DNA of 63,107 bases, filler included, from Candidatus Babelota bacterium (GTDB lineage Bacteria; JAGOBX01): the NCBI GenBank assembly GCA_017999075.1. It is 12 parts of 12 records of this genome, joined end to end, with 100 filler letters (N's around TTAATTAATTAA, not from the genome) between each part and the next. Parts side by side here need not be neighbours in the genome. Positions count along the whole stretch, not along the records: positions 50,132 to 53,322 come from JAGOBX010000482.1; positions 53,423 to 56,593 come from JAGOBX010000483.1; positions 56,694 to 59,853 come from JAGOBX010000484.1; positions 59,954 to 63,107 come from JAGOBX010000485.1; 8 more parts are not named here. One strand, 5' to 3'. Below, one piece after another: positions 51,560 to 60,208 of this stretch (positions are counted from its first letter, which is position 1; every line of letters starts with the position of its first letter). Both the position numbers and the translations under genes were made by a program. The notes under the pieces were generated by a model. The model had not been told where the DNA came from. It did not search any database and saw nothing but the letters and a program-made list of their open reading frames with translations.

Positions 51560-51847
51560 ATGACTGCAATAACAAGACAAAATGTTTGCGATAAAATCGC
51601 TGCTGAATTTAACCTTGATTCTGATTTGATTGACGAATTAATGATAAATTTTTTTGAAGTGTTTAAAAAAGCAATTATTTCAGGAGATAAAATAGAATTA
51701 AGAAATTTCGGTGTTTTTCAGCTTGTCGAACGTAAAGCGAAAATTGCGAGGAATTTAAAAACTAACGAACCTATTGCTCTTCCGGTAAAAAAATATCTGT
51801 CATTTAAACCCGGAAAAGAAATGAAAGAACAAATTAACCAAAAATAA
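51560..51847 (+). CDS. HU/IHF-family DNA-binding protein
   Basis: GDKIELRNFGVF...RKAKIARN..T...FKPGKEMKE. AAGGAG RBS. Confidence 0.92.
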   Translation: MTAITRQNVCDKIAAEFNLDSDLIDELMINFFEVFKKAIISGDKIELRNFGVFQLVERKAKIARNLKTNEPIALPVKKYLSFKPGKEMKEQINQK

Positions 51848-51868
51848 TGATGCGCGACTAACCTTAAA

Positions 51869-53299
51869 ATGAATGATTTTAAAATTAGGATTCTTGGAGA
51901 CAGCGGCCCTTTTTCAATTACAGGAAGAAGTATTTCATATCTTGTTGAATGTGGAAATTCTTCTTATTTGATAGATTGCGGCGCTCCTGTTTTTCAATTA
52001 TTGCCGTTTAATAAAATATGTGATTTAAAGGGCATAATAGTCACACATTCTCACGATGATCATAAACGATGGTTTACAGATACAGTGTTATTTAGAAAAT
52101 ATGTAACCCCAACAAAACCGAAAATAAAATTAGTGACTATCGAATCATTGCAAAATGAATTTAGAAATTCTTCAAAATATGCGCTTGAAAAAACTTTGTC
52201 TTTTGATTCAAGAAAAGTAATTGAAGTTCCGTATACTGATTTTTATGAACCTGTAAGAATCGGGCCGGTATCAAAATATTCTATCAAGGAATTTATAATT
52301 GACGGCAAACTTGAATACAGAGTTGTTGACGAATCAGGTGAAATTGTGAGTCCTGAAAAAAGTAAAGTTATAATCCATCCTGTTACAGGCAGTAAAAATA
52401 TTTTATTTTATGCTGAAAATTATAAATCCTGGGTTAATCCCGAAATTTTTTATTCTTTTGAAGACACAGGTTTTTATGCTGAAAACAAATTTTATGAAGA
52501 CAGCGATTCTGGAATCAAAATTTTTGCAGTAAATTCACCTGCCTGGCATGGAATAGTTTCTACAGCGTATATAATTGAACATAACGGAATAAAAGTATAT
52601 TTCAGCGGAGACACTGTTTATAATGTAGATTTATGGAAAGAATTGACTAATAAAAAAATTATTCCTAAATATAACATCAATGATAAAGAATATATAAAAT
52701 CATATGTTTTAACCGGAGACATAAATGATTTTATTGAAATATCATGGAGTAAAGAAAGATATGAATCTGCATTAAAGATTTATTCTGACAGTAATTTTAT
52801 TCTGCATGACAGCGCGGGAATGAAATCTGTTGTGCATACTGATTTTAGTGATTGTTCAACATTCGATAAATCAAAAACTTTATTGACTCACAGTCCTGAC
52901 AGATATGCATCGAAAATACCGCTTACATTTTCTGATAAGGAATATATTCTAAAATCAGAAAAATTATATGAAATTACCAAAGACGGGTTGTTTGAACTGA
53001 ATGCTGATATTTTTTATAAAAATAATAACCGTTATTTTGCCGGATATAAAAACGAATCAGGTAAATTCGGGTTATTGATAAAAAACGGAATACTTGAACT
53101 TAAACCTGTTTCAGAATTATCTGAAAATGAAAAATGCGTTGAGATATACGAATTATTTGAAGATATTAAGGGAGGGTATTATTCAGCAGATGATAAACTG
53201 ACAGAAAAATATGTTTGTTTATCAGGAATAATATATGAAATTTCAAATGAAAATAACGGCGAAAAAAAATTGACACCTTCAAAAAATTTAAGGAGATAA
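51869..53299 (+). CDS. Metallo-beta-lactamase-fold hydrolase
   Basis: YLIDCG, THSHDDH (HxHxDH), WHG, FSGDT, VHTD. Confidence 0.8.
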   Translation: MNDFKIRILGDSGPFSITGRSISYLVECGNSSYLIDCGAPVFQLLPFNKICDLKGIIVTHSHDDHKRWFTDTVLFRKYVTPTKPKIKLVTIESLQNEFRNSSKYALEKTLSFDSRKVIEVPYTDFYEPVRIGPVSKYSIKEFIIDGKLEYRVVDESGEIVSPEKSKVIIHPVTGSKNILFYAENYKSWVNPEIFYSFEDTGFYAENKFYEDSDSGIKIFAVNSPAWHGIVSTAYIIEHNGIKVYFSGDTVYNVDLWKELTNKKIIPKYNINDKEYIKSYVLTGDINDFIEISWSKERYESALKIYSDSNFILHDSAGMKSVVHTDFSDCSTFDKSKTLLTHSPDRYASKIPLTFSDKEYILKSEKLYEITKDGLFELNADIFYKNNNRYFAGYKNESGKFGLLIKNGILELKPVSELSENEKCVEIYELFEDIKGGYYSADDKLTEKYVCLSGIIYEISNENNGEKKLTPSKNLRR

Positions 53300-53484
53300 A
53301 ATTATGGATGATAGTTTAGTTCNNNNNNNNNNNNNNNNNNNNNNNNNNNNNNNNNNNNNNNNNNNNTTAATTAATTAANNNNNNNNNNNNNNNNNNNNNN
53401 NNNNNNNNNNNNNNNNNNNNNNCTCGAACGGTATATTTCCCTTAAAAAAAATCTTTTTATTAAACAATTTAAAAATCTTGAGGA

Positions 53485-55005
53485 ATGATTTTCCGAAAGT
53501 TTTACCAGTTAGATTCTCTGTATTTTTCAATCGTAATAATTTTATCGGCAATTTCATCTATTATTCTTTGTTTAAATGCAAAGCTTGAAATATATGTTAA
53601 TTCGACTGTATTGGTTTTTATAGTTTTAATTTATTATTCTTTATCAAAAAAAAAATATCTTCTAATTTTCATATTATCTATTTTCATTTTTTTTTATATT
53701 CAGACATCTCTGTTGAACAGCATCAGAAAAACATACTCCATAATTTCAAATAAATATATACTTCTATCTGACAATATGATAAAAGGCAGAGTATCGGATT
53801 TCAAAATAATCGATATGGAAACTGCAGTTTTCATAATAGATGATTTAATAATCAATAATAAAAGTTTCGGAGATATGTCCTTATCTGCAACTGTTACAGG
53901 AATAGAAAATTATAATAATTTGCTTGACGCCGAATATATAAGTTTCAAATCAAAAATCAAACTTTATAAAATTTCCGGGTTTGAAAAGATTCTTCCTGCT
54001 GTTTTCAAAAAAAATGCAGGCTGGACAGAAATTGAAGCAGATAAAATAAATTTTATTAAAAAAACCCAAAACATTATTTTTAAAACTAAATTTTTTATTT
54101 ATTCCCGATTCTATAATATTATACCATATCCTTTCAACAATATAGCATACTCAATAATTAGCGGAAACATTGAAGTTATTGATGAAGCTGTCATATCTTC
54201 TTTCCAAAAATCAGGAATAATACATATTCTTGCAATAAGCGGACTTCATATAGGTTTGATTTCAATGATGCTTATTGCCGCGCTAAAATTTTTTTTCAAT
54301 TACGATACGGTTTATTTTATATCTATTTTATTATTATGGTTTTATTGCAGTTTTGTCGGATTTACTCCTTCTGTTTTCCGGGCGACTTTAATGATAACTT
54401 TTTACCTGACCGGAAAAATAATACATAAAAACATTTATACTCCGAATGTTCTGCTTACTGGTTTTATAACAATACTTTTAATAAACCCGACTGATATTTT
54501 TTCTATCGGATTCCAGTTAAGTTTTCTGTCGGTGGCGGCAATAATAACATCAAATTATTTTTTTAAAATAAAAAATAATTTGATAAATATATTGATTATG
54601 AGTTTATTTATTCAGGTTTTCACTTTCCCGCTTGTCAGCTATTATTTTAAAATTATACCCTTATTCAGTATTATCATTAATCTTGTTGTAATTCCCATTT
54701 TTACAATTGCTCTGCCTCTGGTTTTTATAATATTTTTATTATCCTGTTTTTCAATGTATGCCGGAAAAATTTCAGGGTTTGCTGCTGCCGGGTTATTTTA
54801 TATAATTATAAAACTATCAGATACAGCCTACATATTCGGAATCAAAAATATAATACAATATAAATTTTCCAAATCAGAAGTGGCGCTGTATTATATTTTA
54901 CTTTGCGTTATATTAGAAATTTCAGACGGTATATTATTTTCATCTCATAAAAAAGATTCAAGCAAAACCGACATTGAGCCTCCGCATATATCTCCGTTTT
55001 TCTGA
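53485..55005 (+). CDS. comEC: ComEC/Rec2 competence membrane protein (no C-terminal MBL domain)
   Basis: GIIHILAISGLHIG, PSVFRA, GFQLSF and many TM helices. Confidence 0.9.
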   Translation: MIFRKFYQLDSLYFSIVIILSAISSIILCLNAKLEIYVNSTVLVFIVLIYYSLSKKKYLLIFILSIFIFFYIQTSLLNSIRKTYSIISNKYILLSDNMIKGRVSDFKIIDMETAVFIIDDLIINNKSFGDMSLSATVTGIENYNNLLDAEYISFKSKIKLYKISGFEKILPAVFKKNAGWTEIEADKINFIKKTQNIIFKTKFFIYSRFYNIIPYPFNNIAYSIISGNIEVIDEAVISSFQKSGIIHILAISGLHIGLISMMLIAALKFFFNYDTVYFISILLLWFYCSFVGFTPSVFRATLMITFYLTGKIIHKNIYTPNVLLTGFITILLINPTDIFSIGFQLSFLSVAAIITSNYFFKIKNNLINILIMSLFIQVFTFPLVSYYFKIIPLFSIIINLVVIPIFTIALPLVFIIFLLSCFSMYAGKISGFAAAGLFYIIIKLSDTAYIFGIKNIIQYKFSKSEVALYYILLCVILEISDGILFSSHKKDSSKTDIEPPHISPFF

Positions 55006-55265
55006 TTTAATGGATCTGTAAGGTTCACTGAAATTATTTCAGTGCCGGATTCTTTTTCATCAGCAATCATTCTGATGGATTTTTTTATCACGCTGCCTTC
55101 AACGCAGCCGCCTCCTATTGTGCCTGCAGTAGAACCGTCAACAAAAACAATCATCCGCGCTCCTGGAGACTGCGGAACTGAACCGCAAGTTTTTAAAACA
55201 GTTGACAAAACAAAAGGTTTTCCTGATTTTATTCCTTTATTCAAAAGTTCATCAAGCCGTAACAT
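54945..55265 (-). CDS. XdhC/CoxI N-terminal domain protein
   Basis: GSVPQSPGARM, GTIGGGCVE, ICGGSM. Confidence 0.88.
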   Translation of the reverse strand: MLRLDELLNKGIKSGKPFVLSTVLKTCGSVPQSPGARMIVFVDGSTAGTIGGGCVEGSVIKKSIRMIADEKESGTEIISVNLTDPLNQKNGDICGGSMSVLLESFL

Positions 55266-55330
55266 TTAAAACATCCTCTTTCATAAAACATTTTTATTAT
55301 TTTCAGTTTATAATTTTATTGGATTCCAAA

Positions 55331-56110
55331 TTAATGACATGATAATTTCAATATTTCTGTTTTATTATTTTTTACCGCTATTATTTCCGATAAAATTGCC
55401 AAAGCAATTTCTTCAACTTCAGAATGAGCTATAGGCAAACCTATAGGCGCAAAAATCCTGTTAAGTTTCGCTTCATCAAACCCGGATTTCCCTAATAAAG
55501 ATTTTACGGCAGCTACACGTTTTTTGCTTCCTATCATTCCAACATATTTAGGATTAAAATCAATAATTTTTTCCAACGTTTCTTTGTCATAAATATGTCC
55601 GCGAGTTACTATAACAACATAATCCCTGTCAGTAACAGTTACATGATTATTTAATTCTGAAAATTCTGAACAAATTGTATGCACTCCATATTCTGTGAAT
55701 TTAGAAAGCAGATCCTGACGGTCGTCTAATACTGTAACATTAAACTTAAAAAATTGAAGAAGTTTGCACAAAGCTTCAGCCACGTGTCCTGCTCCGAAAA
55801 TATACAACTTTTCTTTTGGAGCAAATTCCTGTACAAATAATATTATTTTTTCATTTTCTACGGTAAATTCAATTGTTCCTATAAATAATTCAGGAAGAAT
55901 TTCCAATTCGCGTTTTATGGAATTAATCATAATATCCTTTTTGTGATTTTCAATAAAGCAGCCGTACAAAACATCAAAATTCCTGCCTAACAACATTTTT
56001 TCTCCGGTTTTAGCATATATGTTATCATTTAAAAATATTATCAAAAAACTTTTTTCGTTCAAATTTATCAGTTCAACAATTTTTTCATAATCATTCTTAT
56101 TTGTTTTCAA
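55331..56110 (-). CDS. xdhC: XdhC Rossmann-domain protein
   Basis: IFGAGHVA, LDDR, VTRGH.YD, YVGMIGSKKR, APIGL. Confidence 0.88.
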   Translation of the reverse strand: MKTNKNDYEKIVELINLNEKSFLIIFLNDNIYAKTGEKMLLGRNFDVLYGCFIENHKKDIMINSIKRELEILPELFIGTIEFTVENEKIILFVQEFAPKEKLYIFGAGHVAEALCKLLQFFKFNVTVLDDRQDLLSKFTEYGVHTICSEFSELNNHVTVTDRDYVVIVTRGHIYDKETLEKIIDFNPKYVGMIGSKKRVAAVKSLLGKSGFDEAKLNRIFAPIGLPIAHSEVEEIALAILSEIIAVKNNKTEILKLSCH

Positions 56111-56593
56111 CGCTTACAACCTCGCAATTAATTTTTCCATCTTTTACCTGTATATTAAGTTTATCCGAACTTTTAACATTTTTAACAGAATTTACAGTTT
56201 TATTAGTTTCAGTAAAAACCACGGAATAACCTCTGTCTATTATGTTAAGCGGATTCAAATGTATAAGGTTTTCATTATATTTTGCAATAACAGATTTACG
56301 TTTGTCTATACCAATCCTCAATACTTTATTTATAATTTTTGTTAAATGACCTGTTTGAAGTCTTGATGAAGCAATCTTGTTTTCCAGCAATTTTTTCAAT
56401 TCATTTTTTTTCAGAAGTTCAGATTGTTTGAAGTTATCAATTTTTAATTTCAGTTTTGAATAAAAATTCATACCTGAAATAATTTTCTTATAAAAATTAT
56501 ATTTTGAAGTCAGTGACGAAGATAACCTTAATTGAGATTCATTGCAAAACTGTTTTAATATTTCAATTTTATAAAAAGGGTATTTAAACGGTA
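56097..56593 (-). CDS. xseA: Exodeoxyribonuclease VII large subunit, C-terminal part (5' truncated)
   Basis: LNPLNIIDRGYS...V.SV..VK..D.LNI.VKDG.I. The frame is open to the contig end. Confidence 0.8.
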
Positions 56594-56793
56594 NNNNNNN
56601 NNNNNNNNNNNNNNNNNNNNNNNNNNNNNNNNNNNNNTTAATTAATTAANNNNNNNNNNNNNNNNNNNNNNNNNNNNNNNNNNNNNNNNNNNNGATGCAT
56701 ATAATCAAGGCTTTTTTTTCCGCGTTCGTTAACATCAATAACCTTAAACTTATTTTTCATATAATTTATCCAATTCCAAAGGTAAACCTATTT

Positions 56794-57771
56794 TCAGTTT
56801 ATAATAAAAAATTTAGAAATTTTTTTATAAGTTGTATAATCTAATCCCTGAATATTTTTTAATTCGGTTATTTTTGAAAAACCGCCTTTTTTTTCCCTGT
56901 ATTTTATAATTTCTCTTGCAATCTTTACCGTAACAAATGGAATTTGACGTAATTCTTCGTATTCAGAACTATTTAAATTTATGGGTTCTACTTCTTCTTT
57001 CCCTGTATATTTTTTTTTCTTATACCTTTCAATAGTAACAAATTCCCTTATTTTTTCAATTTTTTTTGGACCGAATCCTTTTATATTTTTTAAATCATCT
57101 ATATTTTTAAATCCGTTATTTTCTTCTCTGTAATCAATTATTCTCTGCGCAGCTGATTTCCCAACGCTTTTTATTGAAGTCAATGTTTCCATATCAGCAT
57201 TATTAATATCTACCTTATCTCCATCATCGGAAGAACTTAAAATTTTTTTCCCTGATTTTTTTTTTGAACGCGGGTTTTCCATATCAGTTCTAATCTCGTC
57301 GGATTGGTTTCTTTTTTTACTCGACTCAATGAAAACCATATTTTTATCACTATCGAAATCTGCAACTGTAAGATAATATTTGAAAGTTTCAAATTTAGTA
57401 TCGCCAATACCTGAAACATTTTTCAAATCATCAATCGTTTTAAAATTACCATTATCTTCTCTGTATTTAATTATTTTTTGCGCTGTAGTTTTTCCTATTC
57501 CGCTGATTTCCATCAAATCATCTGCAACAGCTTTGTTTAAATCAAGTTTTAACGATTCCCTAAAAAATAATTTTTCTTCTTCTGTAAGAGGATTTATCGG
57601 CTTGTAAATTACCTGTATATATTCTTTTTCTTTCTGAAGGGGTTTAGAATTTTTTTTCTGTTCACCTAAAATTTTTTCTCTGAAACTATTATAATTTTTT
57701 ATATATGCCAAATTAATAATAATTGAAACGGTCAATATTATTATAAAAATTTTTTCTCTAATCAAACTCAT
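56794..57771 (-). CDS. comEA: ComEA-like helix-hairpin-helix DNA-binding protein with three HhH modules
   Basis: N-terminal TM helix and three copies of (L/I)N.A....L..I.G(I/V)G...A..II.YR...G.F..I..L..(V/I).G. Confidence 0.85.
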   Translation of the reverse strand: MSLIREKIFIIILTVSIIINLAYIKNYNSFREKILGEQKKNSKPLQKEKEYIQVIYKPINPLTEEEKLFFRESLKLDLNKAVADDLMEISGIGKTTAQKIIKYREDNGNFKTIDDLKNVSGIGDTKFETFKYYLTVADFDSDKNMVFIESSKKRNQSDEIRTDMENPRSKKKSGKKILSSSDDGDKVDINNADMETLTSIKSVGKSAAQRIIDYREENNGFKNIDDLKNIKGFGPKKIEKIREFVTIERYKKKKYTGKEEVEPINLNSSEYEELRQIPFVTVKIAREIIKYREKKGGFSKITELKNIQGLDYTTYKKISKFFIIN

Positions 57772-58556
57772 TATAAGTCGCTTAAATGGGACATTATTAT
57801 TGCCGCTGTAACCGCAGCGTTTAATGATTCGATTTTAGGATTAATATTTATCCTTATTTTTTTTATTTCATCGTTATCTACAAATATCTTATCTACTCCA
57901 TGGTGTTCATTGCCGATAACCACAGCTATTTTCGAAGTTTTATCAAAAGAGGTTTTATAATTATCTCCCCCTGCCGGAGTTGTTGCAAATATTTTAAAAT
58001 TTTTTTTATTCAATGTTTCTATTATAAAATCAGGTTCAATATCATATATTATAGGTATATGAAGATGTGAACCCAGAGCGCTTCTAATAACTTTCATATT
58101 ATATAATTCAACGCTGTTTGAAAGTATCATGATCCCGCTCATATTCAATGCAACAGCAGTCCTTATTATTATGCCAAGATTTCCAGGATCTGAAATTTTA
58201 TCAAGTAAAATTATTTTTGAGGTGGGGGTATCTAAAGCATTTTCTATAGGTAAAAAACGCATTGGGGCTACACAGAATATACCCTGCGGAGAAACAGTGT
58301 CAACAAGTTTTCTGAATAATTGATCTGTTACAGTATACACAGGACATTTGATTTTTTTTATTCTGTCTAACAATTGAGCTGATTTCGGATTCCCAAAAAA
58401 TTCTTCAGAACATACAACATAATCCGGTTCAATTCCAGCATTCAACAATTCTGTAACACAAATTATACCTTCAATAATATATTTGTACAGTTCTTTTCTA
58501 TACCTTTTGTTATGGAGTTTAATAATTTCCTTTTCAACTTTAATGGGTAAGCCCAT
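57771..58556 (-). CDS. TrmH/SpoU-family RNA methyltransferase
   Basis: TVSPQGI, ISDPGNLGIIIRTA, GNEHHGV, ESLNAAV. Confidence 0.92.
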   Translation of the reverse strand: MGLPIKVEKEIIKLHNKRYRKELYKYIIEGIICVTELLNAGIEPDYVVCSEEFFGNPKSAQLLDRIKKIKCPVYTVTDQLFRKLVDTVSPQGIFCVAPMRFLPIENALDTPTSKIILLDKISDPGNLGIIIRTAVALNMSGIMILSNSVELYNMKVIRSALGSHLHIPIIYDIEPDFIIETLNKKNFKIFATTPAGGDNYKTSFDKTSKIAVVIGNEHHGVDKIFVDNDEIKKIRININPKIESLNAAVTAAIIMSHLSDL

Positions 58557-58693
58557 AAATCACCTCAACAAAAGAATAAAGATAATATTTAACTTTAATA
58601 ATAATTTTCAAACATTCAAAACTTTAACTTATTCGTTATTGAATTTTATATGATAAATTTTAAATTACTGTTTTGATTTCGTCAATAAAATAG

Positions 58694-59383
58694 TTAAAAT
58701 TTATATTTTATTATATTTTTGATTAAATCAGTTATAATATTAAATATAGTTTTTAACGATGCTCCTTTTTGCGAGTCAGCACTCCTTGGCTGATGCTCAA
58801 CATCTGTTTCTATTATTTTAAATTTATTTCTACGGCTTAATATTAAAAATTCAGCATCAAAAAATCCGGAAAAAATTCGGCAATCAATTGTATCAACAAC
58901 TTTTTTTTTAAAAAGCTTCGTTGCGTTTATATCTCTTATTTTCACATCAAAAAATAAATTTATTATAAAACTATACGTTCTGGAAAATACCGAACGTAAA
59001 AAATTATCATTTCTCTTATATCTATTGCCTACTACTATATCATTTGAATCAATATATTTTAAAAGTTTGTTTAATTCAGTTATAGGAACCTGATTATCTG
59101 CAGGAAGCCAATAAATATTTTCAAAGCAGGCTTTTTTGAATCCTGCCCATAGTGCAGCTCCAACACCATTATTTTTTTGATGGGTTATTGTTTTTATTAT
59201 TGGATTTGCATCTGAAAGATTTTTGATAATTTCAATTGATCCGTCTGTTGAACCATCGTCAACAATTATAATTTCAGTTCTTTCAAAAAAATCATTTTCT
59301 GATATATATTTTATTACAGATTCAACAGTATGCCCAATTGAATTAATTTCGTTATAAACAGGAATAATTACAGATAAATTCAT
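58694..59383 (-). CDS. Glycosyltransferase family 2
   Basis: SVIIPVYNE, VDDGSTDGS, PADNQ, V.HQPR. Confidence 0.9.
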   Translation of the reverse strand: MNLSVIIPVYNEINSIGHTVESVIKYISENDFFERTEIIIVDDGSTDGSIEIIKNLSDANPIIKTITHQKNNGVGAALWAGFKKACFENIYWLPADNQVPITELNKLLKYIDSNDIVVGNRYKRNDNFLRSVFSRTYSFIINLFFDVKIRDINATKLFKKKVVDTIDCRIFSGFFDAEFLILSRRNKFKIIETDVEHQPRSADSQKGASLKTIFNIITDLIKNIIKYKF

Positions 59384-59387
59384 CCAT

Positions 59388-59853
59388 CTATTTTTTTATT
59401 TCTAATAATTCAATTTCAAAAACAAGAGTTTCATTCGGCCCAATCATTGCTGCTCCGTATTCACCATATCCCAGATCCGGCGGGATAACTGCTTTCCATT
59501 TTGAACCTACCGGCATAAGCTGCAAAATTTCAGTCCATCCTGGAATCACTCCAGAAACAACAAATTCTATAGGTTCGCCGCGTTTATATGAATTATCGAA
59601 TTCTTTTCCATCAACAAAACTTCCTATATAATTAGCAACTATAGTATCCGTATCTTTAGGTTTATCTCCCGTGCTTTCTTTTATAACTTTATATAAAATT
59701 CCGCTAGGCAATTCTATAACTCCAGGCTGATTTTTAAATTCTGTTCTGTATTTTTCGCCTTTTGCCTTATTGGTTTCAGATACTTCCTGAAATTTCATTT
59801 GCTGTTTTTCCATCATTTGCTTTTGAAAACTCATTAATGCATTTTTCATGTCA
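59388..59853 (-). CDS. FKBP-type peptidyl-prolyl isomerase (FkpA/Mip-like, 5' truncated)
   Basis: DGKEFDNSYKRG, VIPGWTE, IPPDLGYG, TLVFEIELL. Confidence 0.93.
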
Positions 59854-59953
59854 NNNNNNNNNNNNNNNNNNNNNNNNNNNNNNNNNNNNNNNNNNNNTTA
59901 ATTAATTAANNNNNNNNNNNNNNNNNNNNNNNNNNNNNNNNNNNNNNNNNNNN

Positions 59954-60114
59954 TTAACCTTGCTTCAAGAATATGTTCTTCAACTCCTGCAAAAAAAATA
60001 TATGTCTGCGATAAAACTTTTTCACAAAATTCAGAACACTATACTTTTCAGCAGCTCGAACCAATAAAATTCAAAGGTTTCGACAAACTAATTCCGATTT
60101 ATGATACTTTATAA
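59954..60114 (+). CDS. C-terminal end of a class III adenylate/guanylate cyclase (not in the ORF track; 5' truncated)
   Basis: Hand translation gives NLASRICSSTPAKKIYVCDKTF...IKFKGFDKLIPIYDTL*, containing the NxAxR and KG motifs. Confidence 0.75.
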
Positions 60115-60208
60115 TTTATACAATTGAAAAATTGAAAAAACCAGGCAAATATCTTATGCGATATTACAATTTTACCCTATTTCCGAAAATTAAATAAAAA
60201 AATCTTTT

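Noticed and set aside
53375-53557. 60-aa minus-strand ORF
   Set aside because: It is antisense to the comEC start and runs into the linker. The plus strand instead shows an upstream gene ending in an ATGA overlap with comEC.
56694-56760. Possible hflX N-terminus (MKNKFKVIDVNEREKKALIIC)
   Set aside because: Only 22 codons before the contig end, too short to assign.
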